DNA from: an uncultured Chromatiaceae bacterium
GTDB taxonomy: Bacteria > Pseudomonadota > Gammaproteobacteria > Tenderiales > Tenderiaceae
Assembly (NCBI GenBank): GCA_947085765.1
Contig: CAMTXZ010000075.1
Location: 7,810-71,809, forward strand
Length of the DNA stretch: 64,000 bases
Direction of reading: 5' to 3'
Positions 20,374 to 29,920 of the stretch are shown here, in pieces (position 1 is the stretch's first letter; every line of letters starts with the position of its first letter). The position numbers and the translations under genes were made by a program. Below the pieces are notes generated by a model, which was not told the DNA's origin, searched no databases, and was given only the letters and a program-made list of their open reading frames with translations.

Positions 20374-20540
20374 GCTTATCCGCTTGCCTTAGTGTTTTTA
20401 TATCAGGATGGTCATCGCAATCGCGTGGTAGACAACCGCCAACCGTAAGATTAGGGTATTTTTTATATAATATAAATTAAATGTTTTATATATTTTATAT
20501 CAACTAATTCTATAAAGGAGGGTGATGCAATGAAAGAAAT

Positions 20541-20616
20541 TGGTGCCCCGGGCTGGACTCTAACCTGCGACCTATCCCTTAGGAGGGGATTGCTCTATAC
20601 ACTGAGCTACCGGGGC
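20541..20616 (-). tRNA. tRNA-Arg(CCT)-like, 76 nt with CCA encoded
   Basis: The reverse complement folds as a cloverleaf with a perfect 7-bp acceptor stem, a 4-bp D stem and a 5-bp anticodon stem. The anticodon loop is CTCCTAA. The T arm GCAGG-TTAGAGT-CCAGC has an A·A mismatch, lacks C56, and the D loop lacks GG. Confidence 0.6.
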
Positions 20617-20683
20617 TTTGCTTTAGACTGCTGTGCCTGCGAAGCAGGGGGCGCCAGTATATCAAGTTGAATCAGAAAGGAAA

Positions 20684-21391
20684 TCAACTGTTGCGCTTTT
20701 GCTGGGCGGCGCGTTGCAGTAACATCACGCAGCGTTCAATTTGCCTCTCCTGAATATTGCTGATGCCTATAAACTCACCACCGATGAAGGCCGCTTTGTG
20801 GCTCTCATGCCGCCCTTTAACTGCGCGGACTCTAATATCGCAGGTGAACTGTTGTTTGTTCTCGGGTGGGAGAGAGAATGAGCAGTTCATTAATTGGTCT
20901 GGCTCGATGTTTTTAGGTAGATCTTTATTAAATTGGATACGAACGCCGCCAAGGGAGAGGTCCGCAATATTACCTTTCAATATCAGACGATCCGCTGTGG
21001 TTAGCGTGACAGGCATCGAAATGGTGGCGCTCAATGGGATCCTGATGTTTTCCCGGCGTTGGAAATAGTTCAATGAATCAGGGATCGCCAATTGGTAATA
21101 GGCAATGCCATCCTCTTCTCCAAATGTGGTTACGGTGGAGCTGAAGTCGAGTGTGACGCCATCAAGCATGGCGCTTACTCGGATCGTGGGCGTTAGTTTG
21201 AGTAGGTCATGCCCCTGTCTGGGGTGGAGTTCATCAAGTAGTAGATACCCATTGTGTTCGCTGGAGAGCTTTATAATGGCTGTGGTGAATCTCTGGGCAT
21301 GGTCTGCTATCTGGATCGTGATTAATGCGCGTCGTTCCAGGAGTCGGTTGAGAAAAACGGTGATTCGCGCTGTGTCTGATAATGTCTCCAT
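20684..21391 (-). CDS. flgZ: PilZ-domain flagellar brake protein, FlgZ/YcgR-like
   Basis: N-terminal YcgR-like domain plus a PilZ domain with RRENIR (RxxxR) and DLSLGGVRI (DxSxxG) motifs. Downstream of flgMN, as in Pseudomonas flgZ. Confidence 0.75.
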   Translation of the reverse strand: METLSDTARITVFLNRLLERRALITIQIADHAQRFTTAIIKLSSEHNGYLLLDELHPRQGHDLLKLTPTIRVSAMLDGVTLDFSSTVTTFGEEDGIAYYQLAIPDSLNYFQRRENIRIPLSATISMPVTLTTADRLILKGNIADLSLGGVRIQFNKDLPKNIEPDQLMNCSFSLPPENKQQFTCDIRVRAVKGRHESHKAAFIGGEFIGISNIQERQIERCVMLLQRAAQQKRNS

Positions 21392-21474
21392 GGGGTTACG
21401 TTTGGCTGTCGTTAATGATGCTCAAATTATAATCGTTGATATTGTTAACAATCAGCATTCCTGTCTGCTCCTTT

Positions 21475-21984
21475 CTAAGCCTTAATCACTGGTTTTGATT
21501 GTGAGCTTACTACTGCTTGCCCACCCGCACTATATATAAGACTGTCTGGTGCACTCTGGCCGCGTAAAATTGCCAGTGCTGTTTCAGTGGTATGTTTGTT
21601 GGCAGCGATGATGTTGCCGTTGACCATATTTAATCGTTGACATCCCTCAAGCAATATTTTCAATTGTTGCTGTTTCTTTTGCAGTTGTGCGGCACTGGCG
21701 AGTGCCAGATTGCTGACAAACTCCTTCATGCCTTCAGATGAATATCTGAAGCCATTTTCCTCTAATAATTGACGTTGTTTTTGGCTAAGCTCTTCTAGGG
21801 CCGCACTCTGGTCGTTTTTTTTCTGATTTAGTTTTTGTATGTCGTCATAGCTCCTCTTCACCAAACTATCACTTTCGTTTTTTAAGATCTGTTCCAGCAG
21901 CTCAGCGCCCTGAATTTGCTGGTGCAGTAGATTGTTGATTTGTTGTGCGATACGAAGAGTTGTTGTGGTTTCATGTTCTGGCAT
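21475..21984 (-). CDS. flgN: Flagellar export chaperone FlgN
   Basis: 169-aa helical protein directly downstream of flgM, with an overlap. Confidence 0.75.
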   Translation of the reverse strand: MPEHETTTTLRIAQQINNLLHQQIQGAELLEQILKNESDSLVKRSYDDIQKLNQKKNDQSAALEELSQKQRQLLEENGFRYSSEGMKEFVSNLALASAAQLQKKQQQLKILLEGCQRLNMVNGNIIAANKHTTETALAILRGQSAPDSLIYSAGGQAVVSSQSKPVIKA

Positions 21985-22306
21985 TGTTTAAATCCTTCTC
22001 AAAATCAATCATTCTGGTTGCCAGATCAAAGGATGTTATCTGTGGTCCGCCTTCATTAACGATCTCTTGCAGTTGTGTAACCCGTTGATTATTGACTACA
22101 GGCTGAGCCGTAATCACCCGCTCGAGATGCTGCATGCGTGCTGCCGTATCAGTAAGTGTGACGGCGTCGTTCTGGCCGGTTTTTGCTGTTGGCTGCAGGG
22201 AAGCGGCAATGTTGATAGCTTGTGGCGTTTCTGGTCTTCCCCGTTCTTTTGGGGATTGTGTCAAACTGGCGACTAAACCAGAATTGTCAATTTTCATTCT
22301 CATCAT
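21971..22306 (-). CDS. flgM: Anti-sigma-28 factor FlgM
   Basis: 111 aa. The C-terminus VTQLQEIVNEGGPQITSFDLATRMIDFEKDLN is typical of the sigma-28-binding region. Confidence 0.8.
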   Translation of the reverse strand: MMRMKIDNSGLVASLTQSPKERGRPETPQAINIAASLQPTAKTGQNDAVTLTDTAARMQHLERVITAQPVVNNQRVTQLQEIVNEGGPQITSFDLATRMIDFEKDLNNART

Positions 22307-22405
22307 CTCCTACGATATTGAGTCATCTAAATATCGGTCAACGTTAGTGACACTTGAAGTGTTTTCCGTGGTTTATAGGGCACTGTTGTCGGTTCGAGGT
22401 GTGCA

Positions 22406-23113
22406 TCACATTTGTACCTCAACAATTCCTGGTCTCAATGCCACTGCCTCGATTACCCGTTTTGATGAGAGATTTTCAACCTTAACTAATCCCCCTTCAA
22501 TCGCATCATCCAACGCCTTGCCGGGCATCTTTACCGTGATGTTGTTATTGCGGGCAATAATGGTGACCCTGTTGCCGCGCTGGATGATCTTGTTTTGTTC
22601 GAGGTCTTTAGGGCTGATGGTCGCCCCTTTGGCGAGTGAACGTTTAGGTCTGCGTCCTACTATCTCCTCGACGTTTTCATAATAGCCATTGCGAAGCTGG
22701 TTGGTTTCCCGTTTTTCGTACTGTATATCTGACAACTGAATAACAGCCCCAGTGACGAGTGGTCGGGCGGCGATAAAAACGTTGGAAAATGTAGATATTT
22801 TTACCGGCACATGAACGCTCCAGGGCTTTTCGCTCTGACATTTTACTGTTACGGTAATATTGGCGCTGTTGCGGTGCTGGCCCAGTTGCTCGGTACTGAG
22901 TGGACGGTTGCAGAGTGGTAAATGGAGGCGCGCATCAAGATAACCAACGTCGATAACGCTGTTTTTTTCGACCGTTGCTATCTGTTTTGTAGCAAATTCT
23001 TTGGCGCTTTTGCGGATATCATCCAGCGGATGGAAGTCGCCCGCTACTGCGCCTGCCACATATAACATTGTGGTTACAAAAATGACTATTAATCTATTCA
23101 TACACTCTTTCAT
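22406..23113 (-). CDS. flgA: Flagellar basal-body P-ring formation chaperone FlgA
   Basis: Signal peptide and SAF-like C-terminus. Start chosen at MKECMNR, which has an AGGA SD; the track start at 23152 is probably an extension. Confidence 0.8.
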   Translation of the reverse strand: MKECMNRLIVIFVTTMLYVAGAVAGDFHPLDDIRKSAKEFATKQIATVEKNSVIDVGYLDARLHLPLCNRPLSTEQLGQHRNSANITVTVKCQSEKPWSVHVPVKISTFSNVFIAARPLVTGAVIQLSDIQYEKRETNQLRNGYYENVEEIVGRRPKRSLAKGATISPKDLEQNKIIQRGNRVTIIARNNNITVKMPGKALDDAIEGGLVKVENLSSKRVIEAVALRPGIVEVQM

Positions 23114-23246
23114 GGCTGGTCCTGTCATCTGGTAGCACCAAATACAATGCAAAAACCACGCCCATTGTGTTGTCTCAAGAAGTTTTGTTCAGGGTCGATA
23201 GAATCAGTATCAAAATCCTGAGTAAGCGGCAAAAGGGGCTTAATTA

Positions 23247-24188
23247 ATGGCCAATGTCATGGATACGGTAAATCAGCGAACCCAGCTGGCAGGTCATAAC
23301 CGATTGGAATTGTTGACATTTAAGCTGTCAGGAAGACAGCGTTTTGGCATCAATGTGTTTAAGATTCAAGAGATTGTTCAGTGTCCGCGTTTGAACCACA
23401 TTCCACACGCGCACGCAGTAGTGCGAGGTGTTGCCACAATGCGGGGCAATACCATTCCGGTGATTGATTTGAATATGGCGATCGGCCGCGCTGCGATGGT
23501 GGATATTACTGGGTGCTACATGATTGTGACGGAATATAATCGTTCCGTTCAGGGGTTTTTGGTGGGTAGCGTCGAGCGTATCGTCAATCTTACCTGGTCA
23601 GATATTATGCCGCCTCCTAAAGGGTCGGGAAAAAATAGCTACCTTACTGCCGTTACCAAAATTGATGATGATTTGGTCTCTATCATTGATGTTGAGAGGG
23701 TATTGGCTGAAGTATCGTGCTTGCCAACGGAGGTTTCTAAGAGTATCACCGAAAACCTGGAAGATGCGATTCGTCAGCAGCATGTCTTGGTGGTTGATGA
23801 TTCGAGTGTGGCACGTAACCAGATAAAACGTACCTTGGAACAGCTGGGTATCGAAAATACTTTGGCAAATAATGGTCGTGAAGCATTAAATTTATTGAAG
23901 TCATGGGCCAAAACCAAAGACCCTAAGCTGGAACACCTGGCTATGATAGTGTCGGACGTGGAGATGCCAGATATGGATGGCTATACTCTGACTACTGAGA
24001 TCCGTCGTGACCCAGATTTACAAGGTTTATTTGTCCTGTTGCATACATCGTTGAGTGGAACATTTAACAATGCCATGGTGGAGAGTGTCGGGGCGAACAA
24101 GTTTGTACCAAAATTTAAACCTGATGATCTGGCAAAAGTGGTGCTTGAACAGGTGAGGGCATTTGCCAGCTCAAAGTGCAGTGAATGA
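23247..24188 (+). CDS. cheV: Chemotaxis protein CheV (CheW-like domain plus receiver domain)
   Basis: N-terminal CheW-like region and a C-terminal REC domain (VLVVDDS...MPDMDGY). Confidence 0.85.
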   Translation: MANVMDTVNQRTQLAGHNRLELLTFKLSGRQRFGINVFKIQEIVQCPRLNHIPHAHAVVRGVATMRGNTIPVIDLNMAIGRAAMVDITGCYMIVTEYNRSVQGFLVGSVERIVNLTWSDIMPPPKGSGKNSYLTAVTKIDDDLVSIIDVERVLAEVSCLPTEVSKSITENLEDAIRQQHVLVVDDSSVARNQIKRTLEQLGIENTLANNGREALNLLKSWAKTKDPKLEHLAMIVSDVEMPDMDGYTLTTEIRRDPDLQGLFVLLHTSLSGTFNNAMVESVGANKFVPKFKPDDLAKVVLEQVRAFASSKCSE

Positions 24189-24219
24189 TAACTAACACTA
24201 GAAGGATCTAGGGGCGCAA

Positions 24220-25107
24220 GTGGTAAATCACTCAATATCGAGTCGGGACTATGAATCTTTTCGCACCTTTCTTGAAGAGGCGTGTGGAATAGTATTAGGT
24301 GAAAATAAACATTATCTGGTTGCCAGTCGCTTAAATCGTCTACTCAAAGAGCTTGATTTGACGTCAGTTGGGGATCTGATTGAGTCCATGCACTCACGCC
24401 CCCATTCAGGTATCCGCGAACGGATTATTGACGCGATGACCACTAATGAAACATTCTGGTTTCGTGATAACCATCCCTATGTACTTTTGAAGGATCTGAT
24501 GTTTCCTGAGATAGCTAAAAAGCGCCAGAATCAGGTGCGCATCTGGTCGGCTGCCTGCTCATCCGGTCAAGAACCCTATTCTATTAGTATGATTGTTCAA
24601 GAGTATATTCAGTCCAGGCCAGGCAGTTCAATCAGCAGTGTTGAGATTGTTGGTACTGACATCTCGCCAACAATGTTGGCGCATTGCAAGGCTGCAAAAT
24701 ATGATGCCTTGGCCCTGTCCCGAGGATTGTCGCCAGAACGTAAGAAGAGGTTTTTTAAGAGTCTGGGTGATTGCTGGGAAGTTAATGAGGAGGTGCGAAA
24801 AAGTGTTCGTTTCATCGAAATAAACCTGATGAATAATTACACTTCGCTTGGAAAATTCGACATTATTTTTTGCAGAAATGTGATGATCTATTTCTCTAGT
24901 GAACTAAAAAAAGATATTCTTCGTCGAATTTCACAGGCCCTGGTTCCGGGGGGGTACCTTATTTTAGGGTCTACGGAAACATTGGCAAGTTATTCGGATG
25001 ATTTTGAATTGGTTCGTTATGAGAGTGGCATGGCTTATCAATTGAAAACCAGTTCTCAATTGAGCGCGATACAACCTTCCTGGGTCTCCTCTCTACCAAA
25101 AGCTTAA
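24220..25107 (+). CDS. cheR: Chemotaxis protein methyltransferase CheR
   Basis: CheR N-terminal helical domain plus a SAM methyltransferase domain. GTG start. Confidence 0.85.
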   Translation: MVNHSISSRDYESFRTFLEEACGIVLGENKHYLVASRLNRLLKELDLTSVGDLIESMHSRPHSGIRERIIDAMTTNETFWFRDNHPYVLLKDLMFPEIAKKRQNQVRIWSAACSSGQEPYSISMIVQEYIQSRPGSSISSVEIVGTDISPTMLAHCKAAKYDALALSRGLSPERKKRFFKSLGDCWEVNEEVRKSVRFIEINLMNNYTSLGKFDIIFCRNVMIYFSSELKKDILRRISQALVPGGYLILGSTETLASYSDDFELVRYESGMAYQLKTSSQLSAIQPSWVSSLPKA

Positions 25108-25273
25108 CTATCCCTTCTTGTTTCAACAATATCGCATCCGCGAATTGTTTCATGACCCCCCGTTTTTTTGGCATCTGCTGGCCATTGCCGCTGAGGTCGG
25201 CATATTTTTGCCGCTTGCGCCACTCGATACCACCTGATCGTGTAATTTTCCAGATAAAACTGGCCTGTTTTAT

Positions 25274-25290
25274 TTGGCATTAGCCTTGCA
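25274..25290 (+). promoter_or_regulatory. Sigma-54 promoter of flgBCDE (TGGCAT-N5-TTGCA)
   Basis: GG and GC are exactly 10 nt apart. 47 bp upstream of the flgB ATG. Confidence 0.6.
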
Positions 25291-25336
25291 AGTATTGTTT
25301 AAACACTTAATTCGTGTACAGACACAAGGTGATGGA

Positions 25337-25747
25337 ATGGCATCAGGCATTGATAATGTTTTTGGAATACATGAGCAGGCACTAAGGCTGCGCGCCCAAC
25401 GTACTGAACTTCTGGCCTCTAATCTGGCCAATGCTGATACCCCTGGCTACAAGGCAAAGGATATCGATTTTGAGGCTGCATTGAGCAGTGCAATGAGTGG
25501 TAGTGGTGGGCAGGAGACCGCTCTAAAAACCACTAGTAAGGGGCATATTAAAAATATCTCCGGTGGTGATATGGATGGCTGGATAAAATATCGTGTTCCG
25601 CATCAGCCGGCGCTTGATGGAAATACAGTTGAGTCGCATGTGGAGCAGGCGGCCTTTGCCAGAAATGCGGTTGAGTATCAGGCCACACTTCAGTTTCTTG
25701 GCGGAAAATCAAGGGGCCTGCTGCAGGCCATCAAAGGGAGTGAATAA
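25337..25747 (+). CDS. flgB: Flagellar basal-body rod protein FlgB
   Basis: MASGIDNVFGIHEQALRLRAQRTELLASNLANADTPGYKAKD. The track start at 25274 lies inside the sigma-54 promoter; the true start at 25337 has a GGTGA SD. Confidence 0.9.
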   Translation: MASGIDNVFGIHEQALRLRAQRTELLASNLANADTPGYKAKDIDFEAALSSAMSGSGGQETALKTTSKGHIKNISGGDMDGWIKYRVPHQPALDGNTVESHVEQAAFARNAVEYQATLQFLGGKSRGLLQAIKGSE

Positions 25748-25749
25748 TC

Positions 25750-26157
25750 ATGTTTAATATTTTTGATATTTCAGGCTCGGCAATGAATGCCCAAAGTGTG
25801 CGTCTGAATACCGTCGCCAGTAATTTGGCAAATGCTGACACTGTCAGCAGTACCCCTGATCAGGTCTACCAGGCAAAACACCCCATCTTCTCTGAGTTGT
25901 TGCAAGAGGCGGGTGGTAAACAGGGTGCCGCAGGCGTTCAGGTAAAAGAGATTGTAGAAAGCACGGCACCGCCCCTGGTGCGATACGAACCTAACCATCC
26001 ACTCGCTGATGCACAGGGGAATATCTACTCTCCGAATATAAATATGGTGGAGGAGATGGCTAACATGATGTCTGCATCACGCTCTTATCAAAATAACGTT
26101 GAGGTTTTTAACACCTCTAAACAGCTATTGATGGCGACATTAAATCTCGGTCGTTAA
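25750..26157 (+). CDS. flgC: Flagellar basal-body rod protein FlgC
   Basis: 135 aa with the ASNLANADT motif and a conserved C-terminus. Confidence 0.9.
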   Translation: MFNIFDISGSAMNAQSVRLNTVASNLANADTVSSTPDQVYQAKHPIFSELLQEAGGKQGAAGVQVKEIVESTAPPLVRYEPNHPLADAQGNIYSPNINMVEEMANMMSASRSYQNNVEVFNTSKQLLMATLNLGR

Positions 26158-26175
26158 TGGTAGGAGATATTTAAC

Positions 26176-26850
26176 ATGTCAACACATATTGATTCAACCG
26201 TATTAGAGGGGCTTGGTCTGGCAGCGCCACAGAAAAAGGCTGTTGCCAGTAATCAGACGGATGAGGATACGTTTATGAAACTTATCCTTACCCAGTTACA
26301 GAATCAGGACCCGACTAAACCGATGGACAATAGTCAGTTTCTGAGTCAGCTGGCGCAATTCAAATCTGTGTCAGGGATTGATGACTTGAAGAAATCTGTC
26401 GATTCAATGGCAGCGTCATTTCAATCTAATCAGGCACTGCAGGCATCATCATTAGTTGGACGTTGGGTGATGGTTGAAAGTAATAGTGGTCAGTTGTGGG
26501 ATAAGGCGGGCATGGCGGGTGCTGTCGAGGTGCCATCCTCTGCCAGTCAGGTGATGGTCTCTATCAAAGATGCCAGTGGTCAGGTGGTCAAGCAGGTCAA
26601 CCTTGGTCCGCAAGAGAAAGGTGTGGTGAACTTTAACTGGGATGGGCTGGATGATAACGGCAATACTTATGCTGCCGGGAATTATGCCATCGAGGCAAAT
26701 GCCAATATTGCGGGAAAGAGCCAGGCATTGGTCACAAATACAGTAGTTCCAGTAGACAGTGTAATCATGGGTAAGGTTGGTACAGGTCTGACCATCAACG
26801 CGACAGGTTTTGGCAAGGTCAGCTTGTCTGCTGTCAAACAGATTATGTAA
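26176..26850 (+). CDS. flgD: Flagellar hook assembly (capping) protein FlgD
   Basis: 224 aa. The N-terminus DTFMKLILTQLQNQDPTKPMD is typical. Confidence 0.85.
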   Translation: MSTHIDSTVLEGLGLAAPQKKAVASNQTDEDTFMKLILTQLQNQDPTKPMDNSQFLSQLAQFKSVSGIDDLKKSVDSMAASFQSNQALQASSLVGRWVMVESNSGQLWDKAGMAGAVEVPSSASQVMVSIKDASGQVVKQVNLGPQEKGVVNFNWDGLDDNGNTYAAGNYAIEANANIAGKSQALVTNTVVPVDSVIMGKVGTGLTINATGFGKVSLSAVKQIM

Positions 26851-26873
26851 TTGTGTAGTAAAGGAGAACAGTC

Positions 26874-28130
26874 ATGCCATTTCGTATAGCGCTTAGTGGA
26901 TTAAATGCATCTACTGCTGATTTGAAGGCCACTGGTAATAACATTGCCAATGCCAGCACTACCGGATTTAAATCTTCACGCACAGAGTTTGTTGATGTTT
27001 TTGCAGTAGGGTATGGCGGCATCTCCGCAACTGCTATTGGTGGAGGTGTACGGCTTGCCTCAGTGACACAGCAGTTTTCACAGGGAAATATCGATTTCAC
27101 TGACAACAATCTCGATCTTGCCGTGAATGGCCAGGGCTTTTTTGTTTTGAGTGATGCCGGGTCACGGGTATTGACACGTGCCGGGGCTTTTAGCACGGAC
27201 CGTAACGGAAATGTGGTCAACAGCAGCGGTCATAAATTGCAGGTGTTTCCTGCCATCACTACCGCTAATGGCACCTCATTTGATACTGGACGGTTGACCG
27301 ATTTGCAGCTCTCCACCAATGAAGGTGTGCCAAAATCAACCGATGAGATCAGTTCAAAGTTAAATCTTAATGCAGCTGAAACTGTGCCTCTGGTTGCCTT
27401 TAATGCGGCACTAACTACGCCAGATCCAGCCTCTTATAACAGTTCGACCTCTTTGACGATTTATGACTCGCTGGGTGCTCAACATTCGGCCACGCAATAT
27501 TTCGTGAAAAACAGTCCCAACAACTGGAGTGCCTATTTAAAGATAGATGGTGAAACAGTGACCGGCTCACCCGCAAACCTGGTCTATACCAATCAGGGTG
27601 TACTTGATACTACGGCGAGTTCTGGTAGCTTCGGCGTTGTAGCAATGGGACCTACCACTACAATTGCTACATCTACAGGTGCCGCTGAGATCTCTCTTAA
27701 TCTTGATTTTTCAAATCTGACACAATACGGTAGCCCTTTTTCAGTCGGTGCATTACAGCAAACAGGTTATTCAACTGGTCGATTAAGTGGTATTGATATC
27801 GATGCGGGGGGCATAGTTTCTGCCCGTTATACAAATGGTCAATCACAAACGCTTGGTAAAGTGGCGCTTGCCAATGTCTCCAACCCTCAGGGATTGAGTC
27901 CACAGGGAGATACGGTGTGGGGTGAAACATTCTCTGCGGGTGATCTGGTGCTGGGCGAAGCAGGCACTTCTAGTTTTGGATTGATGCAGTCGGGTGCGCT
28001 CGAATCCTCGAATGTTGATATTGCAGGTGAACTGGTAAATTTGATTACTGCACAACGTAATTTTCAGGCCAATGCCCAGGTGATTAGCACGGCGGATACG
28101 GTGACTCAAACCATCATCAACATCCGTTAA
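26874..28130 (+). CDS. flgE: Flagellar hook protein FlgE
   Basis: 418 aa with conserved N- and C-terminal rod/hook family domains. Confidence 0.9.
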   Translation: MPFRIALSGLNASTADLKATGNNIANASTTGFKSSRTEFVDVFAVGYGGISATAIGGGVRLASVTQQFSQGNIDFTDNNLDLAVNGQGFFVLSDAGSRVLTRAGAFSTDRNGNVVNSSGHKLQVFPAITTANGTSFDTGRLTDLQLSTNEGVPKSTDEISSKLNLNAAETVPLVAFNAALTTPDPASYNSSTSLTIYDSLGAQHSATQYFVKNSPNNWSAYLKIDGETVTGSPANLVYTNQGVLDTTASSGSFGVVAMGPTTTIATSTGAAEISLNLDFSNLTQYGSPFSVGALQQTGYSTGRLSGIDIDAGGIVSARYTNGQSQTLGKVALANVSNPQGLSPQGDTVWGETFSAGDLVLGEAGTSSFGLMQSGALESSNVDIAGELVNLITAQRNFQANAQVISTADTVTQTIINIR

Positions 28131-28153
28131 TTTTTAATAGCATGTTTTAACTG

Positions 28154-28180
28154 CGGGAGGACTTCGGTCCTCCTTTTTTA
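28154..28180 (+). terminator. Rho-independent terminator after flgE (GGGAGGAC-ttcg-GTCCTCC-TTTTTT)
   Basis: Perfect hairpin plus a U-tract, read directly. Confidence 0.65.
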
Positions 28181-28282
28181 CGCCTCTACATATTGCCGCA
28201 TCTGCGGCATATTTTTTCCGCTTTACTATTTTTATTCGACAATTAGTCACTTTGTTTCAGCTTGTCTGTAAATAAGTGACTG

Positions 28283-28299
28283 TTGGCATTCAGCTTGCA
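28283..28299 (+). promoter_or_regulatory. Sigma-54 promoter of flgFGHIJKL (TGGCAT-N5-TTGCA)
   Basis: GG and GC are 10 nt apart. 56 bp upstream of flgF. Confidence 0.6.
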
Positions 28300-28354
28300 T
28301 TTTACTTGCTCAATGAGTAATCAGTGTCAAATAAAAACCATAACGAGGTGATGC

Positions 28355-29098
28355 ATGGATAAGGTGTTATATCTGGCCAGCAGCGCAGGCAAAGAGATCA
28401 TGTTTGCCCAAACTCAAAACGCCAATAATTTAGCCAATGCCAATACCATTGGTTTCAAAGAGGATCTTGCCTACGCCAAGAGTCTGCCGGTATATGGACC
28501 AGGGCTGGATAGCCGTGTCTACACCATCACCGAGGGTAAAAGTTCAGATGTGACCTCCGGTTCATTGATGACCACCGGGCGTGAGCTTGATGTTGCCATT
28601 AATGGAAAAGGTTGGTTTGCAGTACAGGGTTTAGATGGCACTGAGGGGTATACCCGTGCTGGCGATCTGCGTGTTACCCCCAGTGGAATGTTAACCACGG
28701 CAGCGGGCCATCCGGTCTTTGGCAATAGTGGCGCGCCGATCACTATTCCACCTTACGAAAAACTTGAGGTTGGTACCGATGGAACGATTTCGATTCGCCC
28801 TATAGGCCAAGCACCCGCAACGTTGGCAGTGGTGGATCGTATTAAAATGGTTCAGCCGGACGAGACAAAAATCAGCAAGAGTGAAGATGGTCTGTTCCGC
28901 ATGAGTGATGGTACTACGGCGGTTGCCGATGCGCGTGTCTCAATGGTTTCGGGTGTGCTCGAAACCAGTAATGTCAATGTGGTGTCGAGCATGGTCTCCA
29001 TGATGGAGCTGGCGAAAAAATTTGAGATGCAGATCAAGGTGATGGAAAAAGCCAATGAACTGGATACCGCATCGCAACAGATCATGAAAATGAACTAA
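28355..29098 (+). CDS. flgF: Flagellar basal-body rod protein FlgF
   Basis: 247 aa, rod family. Confidence 0.9.
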   Translation: MDKVLYLASSAGKEIMFAQTQNANNLANANTIGFKEDLAYAKSLPVYGPGLDSRVYTITEGKSSDVTSGSLMTTGRELDVAINGKGWFAVQGLDGTEGYTRAGDLRVTPSGMLTTAAGHPVFGNSGAPITIPPYEKLEVGTDGTISIRPIGQAPATLAVVDRIKMVQPDETKISKSEDGLFRMSDGTTAVADARVSMVSGVLETSNVNVVSSMVSMMELAKKFEMQIKVMEKANELDTASQQIMKMN

Positions 29099-29120
29099 AC
29101 AGTAGCGCAAGGAGTTAACA

Positions 29121-29906
29121 ATGAATTCAGCACTATGGGTCGCAAAAACAGGTCTTGATGCACAACAAACCCGTATGACGGTGATTGCCAATAACATGGC
29201 TAACGTCAATACCACTGGTTATAAGCAGAGTCGTGCAGTGTTTGAAGATCTGCTTTATCAGAATGTCAGGCAGGCAGGTGGTCAGTCGTCACAGGATACT
29301 GTGCTCCCTTCGGGTTTGATGTTGGGTACCGGAGTACGTACCGTTGCCACTGAGAAACTCTTTACTCAAGGAAACTTGCAGCAGACTGGAAATCAATTGG
29401 ATGTAGCGATACAGGGACGTGGATTTTTTCAGGTGTTGCGTCCTGATGGTGGTCTGGGTTATTCACGTGATGGTAGCTTTCAAGTGGATGCACAAGGACA
29501 GTTGGTGACCTCGAGTGGTTATCAGGTGCAGCCAGCCATCACTATTCCCAGCGGTACACTCTCAGTCACCATCGGTAGTGACGGTGTAATTTCAGCCATG
29601 CAATCCGGCCAGACAGCACCGACGCAGGTTGGCAATCTTCAACTGGCTGACTTTATCAATCCCAGTGGTCTACAGCCTGTGGGCGAAAATCTCTTTCTTG
29701 AGACCGCTGCAAGTGGTGCACCGCAGGCCGGTACGCCAGGTCTTAATGGGGTTGGTAGCGTAATTCAGGGGGCACTGGAAAGTTCCAACGTCAATGTGGT
29801 GGAGGAGATGGTCGGCATGATTGAGGCGCAGCGCGCCTACGAAATGAACTCCAAGGCGATCTCTACCGTTGACCAGATGTTGCAGTACGCCTCCAATAAC
29901 CTCTAA
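29121..29906 (+). CDS. flgG: Flagellar distal rod protein FlgG
   Basis: 261 aa, highly conserved FlgG sequence. Confidence 0.9.
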   Translation: MNSALWVAKTGLDAQQTRMTVIANNMANVNTTGYKQSRAVFEDLLYQNVRQAGGQSSQDTVLPSGLMLGTGVRTVATEKLFTQGNLQQTGNQLDVAIQGRGFFQVLRPDGGLGYSRDGSFQVDAQGQLVTSSGYQVQPAITIPSGTLSVTIGSDGVISAMQSGQTAPTQVGNLQLADFINPSGLQPVGENLFLETAASGAPQAGTPGLNGVGSVIQGALESSNVNVVEEMVGMIEAQRAYEMNSKAISTVDQMLQYASNNL

Positions 29907-29920
29907 GTGAGGGATGAGCG

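Noticed and set aside
20453-20516. AT-rich tract next to the tRNA considered as a CRISPR leader/array or integrated element boundary
   Set aside because: It contains only simple TTTATATA-type low-complexity repeats with no regular repeat-spacer structure. No integrase, excisionase or direct repeat of the tRNA 3-prime end was seen nearby, and the flanking genes are core metabolism and flagellar genes
20530-20670. 46-codon plus-strand ORF with a strong AAGGAGG SD beginning at 20530
   Set aside because: It runs entirely antisense through the tRNA gene and has low-complexity content. The SD-like sequence is part of the AT/purine-rich tRNA-flanking region and is not credible as a gene
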